Part shown: piece after piece, positions 26,950 through 41,252 of the stretch
Numbering within the stretch: position 1 is the stretch's first letter
How the letters are laid out: each line of letters begins with the position of its first letter
NCBI RefSeq assembly: GCF_009914755.1
Contig: NC_060926.1
DNA length: 64,000 nt
Reading direction: 5' to 3' (one strand)
Source: the human T2T-CHM13v2.0 reference genome, Homo sapiens
Notes under the pieces: generated by a model
Told to the model about the DNA's origin: nothing
Database searches by the model: none
The model's input: only the letters and a program-made list of their open reading frames with translations
Position numbers and translations under genes: made by a program

Positions 26950-27480
26950 GTCTAGTGAAGACAAAAGAACTCCAGATGCTGACATCTGACGAACCTAAAG
27001 AAAGGGGCCAGATACCCACCCCATGACTGTACAGTGAGGCACACCAGTGAGTATACTGCACTCCCACACCCATGGCTTCTGGCTGCATTCTCATGCCTTA
27101 CTTTTAAACATATGCAGAAACCCAAAGAAGAACATACATTTGAAGCATCCTCTATTGTGAAATACAGAGACCAAACCTGACAAACAGGAAAAAAGAACCC
27201 AGAGAAAACAGACAATGTAGAGACCAAACACTTCAAAACACCATAATAAATATTTTCAGAGACATAAGAGGAGATTTTACATACATAGAAAAAGAAGAGG
27301 GTACTATTGAAAAGGACCATTCAGAGAAAAAGATAGAGGATTGGAATTTTAAAATATGATAGAAGAATTGGCACAGAAAGTTGAGGAAATCTTCCACAAT
27401 GTAAAACATAACAAGAACAAAAAGAGATGGAAAAAGAAAAGTTAAAAAATTGACATCACTTTGATAAAATAAAAATGAAA
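26950..27480 (+). mobile_element. Old L1M/HAL1 ORF1-region remnant
   Basis: A-rich, purine-biased sequence typical of ancient L1 ORF1; no open frame. Confidence 0.4.
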
Positions 27481-27604
27481 GATAAAGCTTAGGAGTTTGT
27501 CAAAATCAAAATGTTAAGCTACTATAAAACAGAAAATTTTTAATGCTGGGTATTAAATGAAATGAAAAAAGCATATTTATTGACATAGAAAGGTAGTTAC
27601 AATC

Positions 27605-27917
<313 letters not shown>

Positions 27918-28399
27918 TTACAATCATTTAAGTTAAAAAGTATGGTTTACAGAATAATCGCTGGTTTGTTAAATTAAAAAAGTTATATTCATGCAAAACA
28001 AACCATAGAATATGTACATCAAAGTAAGCTTATCATTGGATTGTGATATTATGGGTTATATTATTTAGGGTAGGCTGAACTCTTATAACAAATAGACCCC
28101 AATATTTAATGGGCTCAAACTGTTTTCCAACAACTCTATTGAGGTATAATTCATATGCCATACAATCACCCTACTTAAAGTTACAATTCAGTGTTTTCCA
28201 GTAAATTAACAGAAATGTACAATCATCACCATAGTCAATTTTGGAACATTTTGGCCACCTCAAAAAGAAATCCTGTACCCTTTAGTTATCATTCCCCCGC
28301 ATTGCCATCCTCCCAACCCTAAGCACCCACTGGACCTCTGTCTCTGTAGATTTCCCTATTTTAGATATTTTACATATATGAAATCATATGATATCTGGT

Positions 28400-29054
28400 T
28401 ATCTTAGTTCAATTTCTGTTGCTTATCAGAATACCTGAAAATGGGTAATTTGTAAAGAAAAGTCATTTATTTCTTGTAAATATGGAGGCTGAGAAGTCCA
28501 AGTTCAAGGGGCCACATCTGGTGAGAGTCTTCTTGCTAGTGGGGGCTCTGGCTTGCCAAGGGGGCTGGGTGTGCTAAGGTGCTCTCATGTGCTAGCTCAC
28601 ATATCTCTTTCTTCTTTTAAAAGGCTAACCATGATAACCCATATAATCTGTCAATCCACGAATGGATAGGTCCATTGATAAAGGCAGAACCCTCACTGAG
28701 TGTGCTAAGGTGCTCTCATGTGCTAGCTCACATATCTCTTTCTTCTTTTAAAAGGCTAACCATGGTAACCCATATAATCTGTCAATCCACGAATGGATAG
28801 GTCCATTGATAAAGGCAGAACCCTCACTGAGTGTGCTAAGGTGCTCTCATGTGCTAGCTCACATATCTCTTTCTTCTTTTAAAAGGCTAACCATGATAAC
28901 CCATATAATCTGTCAATCCACGAATGGATAGGTCCATTGATAAAGGCAGAACCCTCATCATCCAATCACCTCTTAGAGTCCCCACCTCTCAACACTGCCA
29001 CACTGGGAATCAAGTTTCAACACGAGTTTCAGAGGGGATATTAAAACCATAGCA
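28400..29054 (-). mobile_element. MaLR solo LTR (MST-like) with internal triplication
   Basis: ggaggctgagaagtccaag...aggtccc-like and caagtttcaacacgagttt motifs; TSD ctggt/gtggt. Confidence 0.8.
28565..28957. repeat. 131-bp tandem repeat, 3 near-identical copies
   Basis: Units start at 28565, 28696 and 28827; only two substitutions seen among the copies. Confidence 0.95.
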
Positions 29055-29501
29055 GTGGTCTTTTGTGACTGACTTCTTTCACTCATCATAATATTTTCAA
29101 TTTCATTCATTTTGCAGCATGTATCAGCACTTCATTACTTTTTATGACTGAGTAATATTCCATTGTATGAATACACCATATTTTGTTTATCCATTCATCA
29201 GTTGTTGGACATTGTTTATTCCCCCACCCTATTGGCTATTACAATGCTGCTATGAAGACTTATGTGCAGGATTTTGTGTAGACATATGTTTTTATTTATC
29301 TTGGGCATATACCTAAGAGTAGAATATATGTACTTAGGAGGGTCATATTGTAACTCTATATTTAATTGTGTAAGGAATTTCCAGATTGTTTTCCAAAGTG
29401 GCTGTATTATTTAAAATTTTCACTGCACATGAGGATTCTGATTTTTTCACATCCTCATCAACACTTGTTATATGACTTTTTAATTTTAACCATCTGTAAT
29501 C

Positions 29502-29875
29502 GGTATTAGGATTCTCCAGAGAAACAGAACCAATAGAATAAATATGTATGTATGCATATCTATCTATCTATCATCTATCTGATATAGACATATGAAAGGC
29601 AATTTGTCAGAAGAGGTGACTCATGTGATTATGGAGGGTAAGAAGTCCTACAATGTGTTATATGCAAACTGGAGAACAGGAAAGTCAGTAGCATGACTCC
29701 ATCCAGCTTTGAAGATCTGAGAACCAGGGGAGCTGATGGTGTAGCTCTTAGTTCAAAGCAGAAGGCCTGAGGAACTGGGTTGGGGGGCACTGATGAAAGT
29801 CACAGAGCCTGAAGGCCAGCGAGCCTGGAGTTTTTATATCCAAGGGCAGGAGAAGATGGGTGTCCCAGCTCTAGA

Positions 29876-29916
<41 letters not shown>

Positions 29917-30137
29917 GCAAATTCTTTCCTTTGCCTTTTTGTTCTATTAGGGCCCTCAGCTGATTGGATGGTGCCTGCTCACATGTGGGTGAGGGCAGAT
30001 CTTCCTTATTGAGTCCACTAGTTCAAATACCAACCTATTCTGGAAACAACCTCACAGAGAGACTCGAAATAATGCTTTGTCAGCCATCTAGATATCCCTT
30101 AACCCAGTCAAATTAACACCTAACATTAACCATTACA
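29502..30137 (-). mobile_element. ERVL 3' LTR (MLT2-type) containing (TATC)n and (AG)n microsatellites
   Basis: gtattaggattctccagagaaacagaacc...attaaccattaca; adjacent polypurine-tract-like sequence (reverse complement aaagagtgaact). Confidence 0.85.
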
Positions 30138-31610
30138 AGTTCACTCTTTGTCAACTTGGCATCCACATGCATCTCCTTAAGCCATACTTAATCTTCAAAT
30201 AAAGACAATAACAAGGTCATAGTTCAACCTAACATGATATGCCTGAAAATGCCCCAAACCGTTCCTGAGAAGAGGAGGTAAAGCCCTTGAGTGACATTTA
30301 CTCTTCTTCTGATAGTCCATAATTTAAATACTATGACACAAAATTAGCAATACTTGAATACTGATATAAAGTTAATACATCTTATATTACATGATAAAGG
30401 AATAGGAGAGGAAATGAAACAAAGGTATTTGCTTAATATATGTATATATACACACAAACTTTTTTTTATACTTTAAGTTCTAGGGTACCTGTGCACAATG
30501 TGCAGGTTTGTTACATATGCATACATGTGCCATGTTGGTGTGCTGCACCCATTAACTCGTCATTTACATTAGGTATATCTCCTAATGCTATCCCTCCCCC
30601 CTCCCCCCACCCCATGACAGACCCCAGTGTGTGATGTTCCCCATCCTGTGTCCAAGTGTTCTCATTGTTCAATTCCCACCTATGAGTGAGAATGTGCCAT
30701 GTTTGGTTTTCTGTCCTTGTGATAGTTCACACAAACACATTTTTTTTTAACACAATAGGGAAAAATACTCATGACAGTTACAGTCCTTACTTCTGTAACT
30801 GGTCACATGATCATAGCTGGTAATGGTAATTACCTTTTTGTACTATCCATTCTGTATTCCCATTGTCTTCAACAAGCACCTTAGCTAGTGATGGTTTTCT
30901 CACCTGGTGGAGTGACCTAAACCTTCATTCCATTTGTAGTCCTTCATGGGTTGGGTTGTTGTATTTTCCCACTGACCTTAATCACAGGGCATAGTTATAC
31001 AAAGAGATACCCTAAGGGATCTCCTCTATTCCAGACATACTCTTCCTTCCTCCACTTTGGAATAGTAGTCCAGTTTCCCAGTGGTAGTCTGGATCGATCA
31101 TGCCAGCCAACACTGTAATTCCCTTCTTAGCCTATTGACTCAGAGACATGAAAATCCCAATGTGGCTGGGTGGCATCTTAACCTTCAGTTGAATGGAGTC
31201 ATTGTTGTGTCACCTGATGGAAGCATTCTTCCTTCTGGAGCTAACTTCTAGGCTGGCAGAGCATAAAGCTGTGGGAATAGGAAGCAAAAATTTGCTAGTG
31301 GGTCACCAGGGATAATGGTGAGTGGTGGCCTTTCTATTTCCCCTCCTTGATTCCTGGACCCATGAATGCTGAGATGAGAGAAATAGTACCATATATTGGA
31401 TTCTGATTCAGAGCATATTTAGCCGTCTGGAGAAATTTGTTCCAGCCCTACAAAATATTGTCACCTAGCTGCGCTGCATCTGTGACTTCAAAATGACATT
31501 CCACAATTTTAGCAAGCCAGCTGCTTCAAAATGATGAGAAACACGGTAAGACCAGTGAATCTCATGAGCATGAAACCATTGTCACACTTCTTTGGCTGTG
31601 AAGTGAATTC
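30138..31610 (-). mobile_element. ERVL internal remnant (integrase C-terminal part and dUTPase), decayed
   Basis: Minus-strand translation gives KGITVLAGMIDPDYHWETGL (dUTPase motif 3) near 31065-31126 and AHEIHWSYRVSHHFEAAGL (integrase-like) near 31513-31569. Confidence 0.8.
30460..30727 (-). mobile_element. 5'-truncated L1PA 3' end inserted in ERVL
   Basis: tatactttaagttctagggtac...ctcattgttcaattcccacc; TSD cacacaaac on both sides. Confidence 0.92.
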
Positions 31611-31939
31611 CTGTTCTCCTTTTCCCCTGCAAAGGGAAGTGATGGCTCAGGGGATCCTCCTTGGCAGTAGGATTTGTTGAGGGTGAGAGTGTAGCATGTG
31701 ATGATAGCATTGGGGTTCCAGGGTGTAGGTGTGTCTGAGGTGGTGTCAGGGCTGGGATGTGGGATGTGGCAACTCTGGCCCGAGGGAGGGTGCAGTAGCA
31801 GCTTTTGCTCAGGGGAGGGGGAGCAGTGTGGACTCTGGGCAGCTGTGTCACTAGTGCAGCTTTGACAAAGACTGTGGGGATCCCTGGTGATAAAAATTGT
31901 GGGTTTCTGTGGTGGCACTGCAGATCTGTGCCAGGTTGC

Positions 31940-32950
31940 ATGATGGGGTGATGCAGGTAAAACGCTTCCTATGTTTTTCTACGTGATCACTCTCAGTTTT
32001 TCTTCTCTACTGGGTTGCTGCATCTTCTTCACTGTACTTTGGAGATTTCCTGGATTTTTTTCTGTTTGTGGTAGTTGTTAAATCATCCATTGCATTTGTG
32101 GTGGGATGTGGGTTGGGACTTCCTAGTCTCCCACCTTGCTGATGTCACTCTCTGTAGAAATAGTTTCTGAGGTCAGTGTTTAATATTTGTTCTAACATCA
32201 GGGCTCCCCCTAGTTGTCTTCTTCCCCACTTCTCTCCTATAAACTAGCCAGCCTACAGTCTAGGCTGTATCTTCATTAGATCCATGAATCTCTTCCCACT
32301 ACAATCTCCATTGTTCTTGAGAGTGCCCTTAGGCTTGAACGTCCCTAGCTCTGTTGCAAATAAAGTCAGTTCCTTTGGGAAGAGTTTAGAAGCTATTTGT
32401 TTTATGGCCAGTTTTCCCTTCTAGGCAAAAATCTCTGAGTCAGGACTCTGGAGCTGGGGGTAGGGACAGTGCCAAGCCTCTTTTTGAGTGACACCCATAC
32501 TCTAGAAGCTTAGGGGATGGGCTGCAGCCTAGGGTTCTCTCAGCTTGCCAGTCCTGGTGTGGAGCCACTGCCTCATGAATGAAGGCAAGGGCTATCAGGG
32601 CCCCAGTATTCTCAGTGTGCCACGTCCAAAATGAAGCCTTCATTTCATGGCTGGGAATTGGGAGGAAGAAGGGAGCACCCTGCATCTTGACTGCAGTCAC
32701 CCAAGACTTGGCCTTGGCAACAATATGCTAAGGGCAGAATAAGAAATGTTACAGTCTTGCCCTGTGTTCTTGACTATAGTAGTCTGGAGTGCAGTTTCCA
32801 CATCACGGAACAGGTGGGGAGGGAGATAAAAGGAGTCTTCATTCAAATACCACAGACCTTCACATTTTGTACTGAATTTTTATATATTCTCTTGAGTAGA
32901 TGTTTCTTCATTGGCTTAGGGTAAACTCAAGTCCATTTCCAGAGGTCATT
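31940..32950 (-). mobile_element. Old L1M 5'-region fragments
   Basis: cttcctagtctcccaccttgctgatgtcactc resembles an L1M 5' terminus; diverged. Confidence 0.4.
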
Positions 32951-35900
32951 TATAGATCAAGACTCATATTGACTACGCCATTGTAAAAACATGGTTTCCA
33001 AGGTTGCTGTCGTCTTGGCTATTCAGTTTTGCAGGAAGAAGAAAGAGTGTAGAGGAGTGTCCACGGGGGATTTTATTGACCATGCCAGAAAGTAGGACAC
33101 ATCACTATCACTTATATGTTATGAGTGGGTAGAAATAATGTGTCTCACTCACCAGTGGAATGCAAGTGTTCACCCCAGTGGTGAGGGAAGTTGGGAAGTG
33201 CCATTAGCCATGGGTTTAACAGTTTTGCCACATGAGTACTTTAGATTTTCTCTTAGCTTATTTGTATTTTCTGATTTTGCACAATGGATCTATATTTCTA
33301 ATACAATGTAAATATAAATAAATTAATAAATAGAGAACAAGCAGTAAGGAAGTAAGGGTAGGGAGTATAGACAATCCCTTCTAAGAAGTTTTGCAGGTGC
33401 CATTACTGGAGTGAGAAACTAGGTTAAGAAAAGGTTTCTAAATATGACGATTCTGGCATATTTTTGAAAGAATTATCCAGAAGACAGGAAACAACTATTA
33501 AGTCTTTGAGTTGGTTCTCCCTAAATGTTATATAGAGTGTCTCTTTCACTTGAGAGAGGAGAGGGAAATAAAGAAAGAAGGGTTTCAAAATGGTCACCCT
33601 TGCTGTTTCTTCTCATTAGACTGTAAGGTTCAGGATTTCAAAGCTTTCCTTGGAACATTTGGAAGCAGAAAAAAAAAAAAAGAAAAACCACCCACAACAA
33701 AACCAGTGCTTACTGAGCCTGACAAAGTAACAAATTGTGGAAATTTCCAAAGCTAATTATTGCTGTTTTTCTAAAAAATTCCTTTGATATGCTAAGAGTT
33801 GTAATTAGAGTCATTAAATACAGAAACCCTTGGGTTGCAAAGAACATAGGAATAACCCACTGATGTGTTGATTATGGGTGGGTTGCTATTTATCAACAGA
33901 ACTTAGCCGTGACATACAAAATGAGACTGTCATGCAGTGGGGCTGCCTTTGCAAACTTTCATGGAGTTAACTCCAATGCCAGACATCTATTGGAAAATTC
34001 TATGACAGATAAAAAGAAGGCACTGTGGGAACATATAAGGAGAGAAGTTAATTCTCACTGAGGGAATTGGGATCAGCTTTAGAGAGGAGATAGCATTTGA
34101 ACAAATTCCAGAAGGCCAGTAGGGATTTAGACAGGAGATCTTGGAGAGAAGATATCCTAGTCTGGGAGTGCCAACATGGCTTGAAGGCAGAGGACAGGCA
34201 ATAGGAGGTGTTAGGAGTTAGCTTGGCTGTGGCTGGTAAATGTGCAGAAGCACAGTGGAAGGTCAGTCCAGAGAGGGAGTGACAGCACAGCCTGGAGGAT
34301 GGAGGGTGATGCATGCCAGCTTAAGAAGCTGTGCTTTTTACTGTTAGTTCTGACCAGTTTTTAGAAAAACTAATCTACTAATAATATGGAGGCAGGGGTG
34401 AGGATGGAAGAAATATTGGAAGTCGACTAGAAGGAGGTGAGTGCACAGTTTGTTCAGGAGGTGATGACACACTGATTAGCGCTGGCAGAGAGATGTGGGG
34501 GAGATATTAAGACACCCCTAGAGTGTGAGGAGGACTTTTTACAGCTTCCGGAGAGGAAAAAGTGGTTATCACAAGTCTGCAGGGCTCTTTGAGCCTTCCC
34601 CAGATGTGGAACAGAGAAAGTTTGAAGTAGATGCCATTTTAAGAGCCAGGACATGGATTCTCCCTCTCTGCAAAACGTCCTTGCAAACTCTCGAGGGAAA
34701 CCAGTGCTTCATGTTGTTAAAGTTTTACAAGTTATGGCATAAATTGTTCTTCAAGTGCCGAATGTAGTGACCAATAAATCACCGAGAGGATTCTCTGAGA
34801 TTTGCAATTGTGGAATTACAGATTTTGTACCTAGTCTTGGATGCACTGAGCTGGGTCTACTCTGAGGCAGCAAGCTGCAACCCTGCCCTGTCCAGTCACC
34901 TCACTGTCACCTGGAAGAATCCTGTTCTTTAGTGGAAATAAGTCACAGACGTCCTCAAAGGCGAACGCTCCAGGTGCACCCCAGAGAGCTGCCCCACTAG
35001 CTCTGACTGGCTGATGCTGTGTTTGGCTCCAAGCACTTCTTGCTATAAATCCACCACAGGTGTCCTTACTCTCCATCACCCAGTCCTTTGTTCCGTCATT
35101 GCCTCATATTCATTTAGCAAGACTTCACTGAGAACTTAGAGACTCGCTGCTTCCCTGTGGGGCTACAACAGTAAACACCACAGACAGGCGCTGGTGGCGA
35201 AGACAGCCAAACAGACCAGGAATTACAAAACACTTCGAAAAGTGCTCTGATGGGAGAAACACAGAGTGCCGAGGGAACATGTGGGAGAGATGTTGGGGAA
35301 ACTTCTGGAAGGAAGTGGCCAGGTGAGAACTTCAGTCATTTTGGATGAGTTCCTCTTCCTATGCTCCAGCCCCACATACTATCTTCCATGCATTCTGTTG
35401 ATTCTCCGCTGTGACATCTACCAGGTCAGTCCTCTCCTTTCTATTATTTCCCATAAATAATTTTTCCAACAGCTTCTCTGGGAGGCAGAGTTAGGAAACC
35501 AGGCAGGCCCGGACATTCCAGCTGTGTGGCCTTGAGCAAGTCACTGAACCCCTCTCAGTCTCAATTTCTTCATCTAAAAAATGGGGACAACAATGCCTTA
35601 CTCGCAGATACATCTTGAAAAACAAATAAGATAATATTTTAAAAAACAGCCCAAGGCCTGGCATTTAAAAGATAATCATTCCAGTTTCCTTTCTGAGCCT
35701 GCAGTCTCTTCTTTTGTTTAACATACTCTCCTCACAGCTGCCAAATTCATCTCCCCCAAACTTTAATCTTATCTCTCCCTTGCTCAAACATTTTCAGATC
35801 CCATAGCCTATGGAATAAAGGCTGTCAGTCAGGATCCCTGCAGAAATGACTGAAGAGAACATAAGGAAGGAGAAAGGCAGGGGTTCCAGGAGCACAGGGC

Positions 35901-36158
35901 AGGGGCCTCGCTCACACAGGCCGTTGGACATCTGGAAGCTTCCCCGAGGAAGTGATCCCAGAGCTGAGAGATAAAGGCTGAACTAGGCAAGAAAAAGGTG
36001 AAAGGAGGTGTCCAGATAAAGGCTGTTAGGGAGGAAGCAGCCAGTAGGGCTGGAGTGCAGAGAGCAGGGAGGTGATGAGATGGACCAGGACCTGTAGAGA
36101 ACCCAGAGCCCAGTGGGTCGAGAGTTTGTCGGATTATTTGCCAGATGTGAAGCAATGA

Positions 36159-36493
<335 letters not shown>

Positions 36494-37336
36494 GTGCCAG
36501 CATTTTAAGCTGTTGCTTGTTGACATATCAGTTTTTCTTGCTTGGACAGGATAATCTCTGTATACCTTATGGTGAACACCACAGGTGTTCAATACATTTA
36601 ACTGACCAGGTGAATGCAGTTGTAACTATAGAAATGGAGGGAGAGAATTCTGGTCACTGCATCTTCTGATTTTTCAGGTGAGAGTTCCTTGAAGCTTCAC
36701 TGCAATTCCCCAGCCACAGAGTGTCTGAAGACTGCTGCAGGTCCAGTTTGAGTTGCTTTTACTCTCCAGGAACACACAGATGTGACTAAAAAAATCTGCA
36801 TTCCCCTAAAGTAACAACATTCATGCTACTCCAGAGACCCAGACAAAGGGGAATTAAGCTTGCTTGAACTTGAGCCTGGGGACCAGGATGCTGATGGAGG
36901 CTTTGCAGATTCTTGGGTCTCCATGGAGACGAACAGACTCTGGCAAAATTTCCTTCTTGGGAGAAAGGCAGTGTTGGCTGCTTTCTTTCCTCTGGCCACC
37001 CTGAGAATGCAAGACTCATAAAAGTGCTGTGTATAGATTCTCTGCAGACACGGGGCCATTTTGTACCATTTCTGGCCTCTTCAGAGCCCTTCTGAAGTGC
37101 TCTCTGGCATCCAGCATCCAGGGTGTCCAGCTGCCTCCACAAACAGCAAGAGCTCATCAGTAATGGGTGACACAAGTCACACAACCAAGAGCCATGTGTC
37201 TGGTTCATAGCACCTTATGCAAAGTGAATGCTCACTATGGTTTTTAGCAAAAAATGTGTGGAGAATAAAGAGGAATAATAGCCAACTTTCCAGGTGACTG
37301 TCTTCCTTAGAGCTGAGAAACAAAAACACATAGTTC

Positions 37337-37500
37337 AGGCTTCTCAAATGTTAAGGGCTTACACTTAACCTAAAATTAACCAGAGATCTGGTTATAGAGA
37401 AGCTTCTGATCTGATTCAATAGGTCTGGAGTGTAGTTGGAAGCTCTGCATTTCTAACAAGCTCCCTGGTGGTGCTCATGCTACTGGTTCGAGGACTGCCC
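37337..37500. mobile_element. MER5A-like hAT element
   Basis: ttctgatctgattcaataggtctgg...ctgcatttctaacaagctccctggtg. Confidence 0.65.
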
Positions 37501-37653
37501 ATAGGGCCAACAAGGAAGTAAATGGGGCAGCCAACTGTCAGCCAAATTCTGAGCCAGGGCAACAATCACACTTGATTTTATGTGCATGAGGTCCAGTGTA
37601 GTGTTGGAAGATTCAATTCTTTTACACCCGTGGAAATATATGAGCATGCATAC

Positions 37654-38119
37654 TGTCTTCGTCTGTTAGTGTTGCTGTGAAGAAATACTTGAGGCTGGGT
37701 AGTTTAATAAAGAAAAGACTTTTATTTGGCTCACAGATCTGTAGACTATACAAGAAACATGGCACCAGCACCTACATCTGGTGAGGCCTCAGGCTGCTTT
37801 CACTCATGGTGGAAGGCAAAGGGAGCCAGTTTGCAGAGATCACATGCTCTGTATGTGTGTGTGTGTGTGTGTGTGTGTTTGTGTTTGTGTGTTAGAGAGA
37901 GAGAGAGAGGGAGAGAGAGAGGTGGGGAAGGAGATGCCAGGCTCCTTTTTTCAGGAAGAATAGGGTAAGAACTCACTCATTACCTTGAGGATGGCACCAA
38001 GCCATTCATGAGGGATCTTCTCTCATAACCCAAACATCTCCCACCAGGTCCCACCTCCAACACTGGGAATCACATTTTAAAGTGAGATTTGGAGGGGTCA
38101 AACAAACCAAACTCTAGCA
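37654..38119 (-). mobile_element. MST (MSTA/B-like) solo LTR with (TG)n(AG)n compound microsatellite at about 37848-37922
   Basis: TG...CA termini; TSD catac/tatac. Confidence 0.88.
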
Positions 38120-38589
38120 TATACCAAGCACATGAGTTGAATGTTATCTTTACACCAAACAGACTAGTGTTGTGGGCAAGTCAATATAGCACATGATTTT
38201 GAGTGATTTTTTAAATATTTCAGAATCATTGAATATTTTTAGTTTTTTTTTTGGTCATAGCTTCATTCCCTCAACAAGTATTTACGGAATATTTGTAATG
38301 TACCAAGCATCTCTCGTAGCAGTGGAAGGTACTCTTCCTATTCTCCTTAAGTTCCCTGTCTAGTGAGTGAGGCAGAGATAAAACAAAGAATAATAGTATA
38401 ACAGTGTCGTGATAGTTCACACCAGCATTGTAGAGCAGCATTATGTGAGCCATAGATTTTAGCTGCCAATGTAATTTAGAATTTTCTAGTTGCCGTGTTT
38501 AAAAAGGTAAAACAACAACAAACCCCATGTGAAATTAATTGTAACAGTATATTTTATTTTAATCCACTGTAGTCAAAATTATCCTTTCA

Positions 38590-38893
<304 letters not shown>

Positions 38894-38963
38894 TTATCCT
38901 TTCAATTTGTAATCAATCTAAAAAGGTGTTCGTGAGACATTTTGCTTTTTTAAAAATGCTAAG

Positions 38964-39372
38964 TGATAGAGGATATTTATCCCCTCCAAATCTCATGCTG
39001 AAATGTGACCCCCACTGTTGGAGGTGGGGCCTGGCAGGAGATGTTTGGGTCATGGGGGCAGATCCCTCATGCATGGCTCTGTGCTCTTCTCATGCTAATG
39101 AGTGAGTTCTTGCTTTATTAGTTCCCAAAAGATCTGACTGTGGAAAGAGCCTGGAAACTCCTCTTCTCTGTTGCTCCTTGTCTGTCCATGTAACATACCT
39201 GCTCCCCCTTCACTTTCCACGATGATTGGAAGCTTCCTGAGGCCTCACCAGAAGCAGATGCTGGCAAAATGCTTCTTGTATAGGCTTCAGAAGTGAGAGC
39301 CAAGTAAATCTTTCTTTGTAAATAACCCAGCCTCAAGTATTCCTTTATAGCAATGCAAAATGGACGAATACA
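38964..39372 (+). mobile_element. MST solo LTR
   Basis: TG...CA termini; perfect 5-bp TSD ctaag at 38959-38963 and 39373-39377. Confidence 0.9.
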
Positions 39373-40499
39373 CTAAGTTATCAGAATCGGGTGTGCATTT
39401 TGCCCTTACAAAACATCTGAACTTGGACTAGCCATGATTCACACACTCAGTAGCCACACATCTGAGACAACTGCAGTAGTCAACCACAGTGCAGGTCTAT
39501 ACAGTGGAGTCGGGGACAACTGCCTTTGCTGTGGAAGCTGAGGGGTGGGTCAGGGAAAGAGGTAATCTACTGCACTGCAGAGAAGGGTGGGACGGTCACA
39601 TCTGGCGGGGGTAGAGAAGAGATTCGAGAAGCTTCTGCTACCGGTCCCAAGGAATAGATGGGTGTGGTGGGGAGGTGGGTAGCCACTCCTGGATATAGTT
39701 GAGAGAGCAGGCTTGGTGCTTAGAAATGGGCTCAGGCAGAAACCTCAGTGCTCTTTCATCCTGCCTCGCTCAGCTTCTCTCTCATCGGTGGCTGGTTGAG
39801 AGACTGTTGTGTCCAGGGGTGCAGTGTTTCTGGCTTCTTGTTCTAGCCCAGTGAATCTATTCTGAAGGGGTTCTGAGCCCAGGATGGAGCTAAGCCTTGT
39901 GGCTTCTGTTCACTGAAGGGTGACTATCTTCTGTCTTCCTTCAGGGCAGGCTTGCTGTGACCCTGTCCTCCTGCCTGTTTTTCTCTTGCTCCTAGAGCTC
40001 CAGTGCTGCTCTGAGATGATGCCTCAGTGGAGCCTCTGGCCCTTCAGGAAAGGAAGTTGCTGCTCTCAGGAGCTCTTTCCAGTAGGCTCTCCCAGTCAGC
40101 TAGAGCAGTGGCCATAATCAAGGGGCACTCATTCTGGTTCTGACTCAGACCAGAAAGGTGAGGCACTGTGTCAGGCTTTTTACAAACATTCCCAACTTAT
40201 CTCCCCACTTTTTTTTTTTTTGAGATACCACTCAGACTTATGTCCTCTCCCTCTCCCTCTGCCAGAGGAGGAGAAGGACAATCATCCATGGCAAAAGGTA
40301 GTTGCAGTGAAGCAACACCAAAAGCCGGCTTCACCTCAAGAGAGGATGCTGCACCACCACCCGGGGGTTTCCGGGGCTCTACACGTTCAGAGAAACTTCT
40401 CTAGTAGCAAACTATAGAAACAATCCCTGAAACTACAGTCTTGCAATTCATTCCTCTTAATAAACCAGTGGGCAGGTATTGTCGTGCCCATTTTACAGA

Positions 40500-41252
40500 T
40501 GTGAAAACCACAATGTGATACCACCTCACTCCTGCAAGAATGGCTGTAATTAAAAACTGAAAAATTAATAGCTGTTGGCATGGATGCGGTAAAAAGGGAA
40601 GACTTCTATGCTGCTGGTGGGAATGTAAACTAGTACAACCACTATGGTAAAGAGTGTGGAGATTCCTTAAAGAACTAAAAGTAGAACTGCCATCTGATCC
40701 AGCAACCCCACTACTTGGTATGTACCCAGAGGAAAAGAAGTCATTATACAAAAAAAATACTTGGCTCACACATGTTTATAGCAGCACGATTTGCAATTGC
40801 GAAAATGTAGAACCAACACAAATGCCCATCAATCAATGAGTGGAAAAAGAAACTCTGATATATATACATATCCAGTGGAATACTACTCAGCCATAAAAAG
40901 GAACGAATTAGTGGCATTTGCAGCAACCTGGATGGGATTAGAGACTATTATTCTAAGTGAAGTAACCCAGGAATGAAAAACCAAATATCGTATGTTCTCA
41001 CTCCTAAGTGGGAGCTAAGCTATGAGCATAAGGATGACACAATGGACTTTGGGAACTCAGGGGGAAAAAGGGTGGGAAGGGGGTGAGAGATAAAAGACTA
41101 CTAATTGGGTTCAGTGTATATTGCTTGGGTAATGGGTGCACCAAAATCTCACAAATCACCACCAAAGAACTTACTCATGTAACCAAATGATACTTGTTCC
41201 CCGAAAACCTATGGAGATAAAAAATTAAAAAAATAAAAAATAAAAAAGAAAG
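40500..41252 (+). mobile_element. L1PB-like 3' end inserted in a MIR
   Basis: ORF2 C-terminal remnant (WRFLKELKVELPSDPATPLLG), L1PB-type 3' UTR and A-tail; MIR core (cccattttacagat...gaaaactggggctcag) on both sides. Confidence 0.9.

Larger units (their letters stand above)
28128..29495 (-). mobile_element. L1MB-like 3' end, split by an MST LTR
   Basis: tattgaggtataattcatat... at 28137, resuming at 29055 with gtggtcttttgtgactgacttctttcact. Confidence 0.75.
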
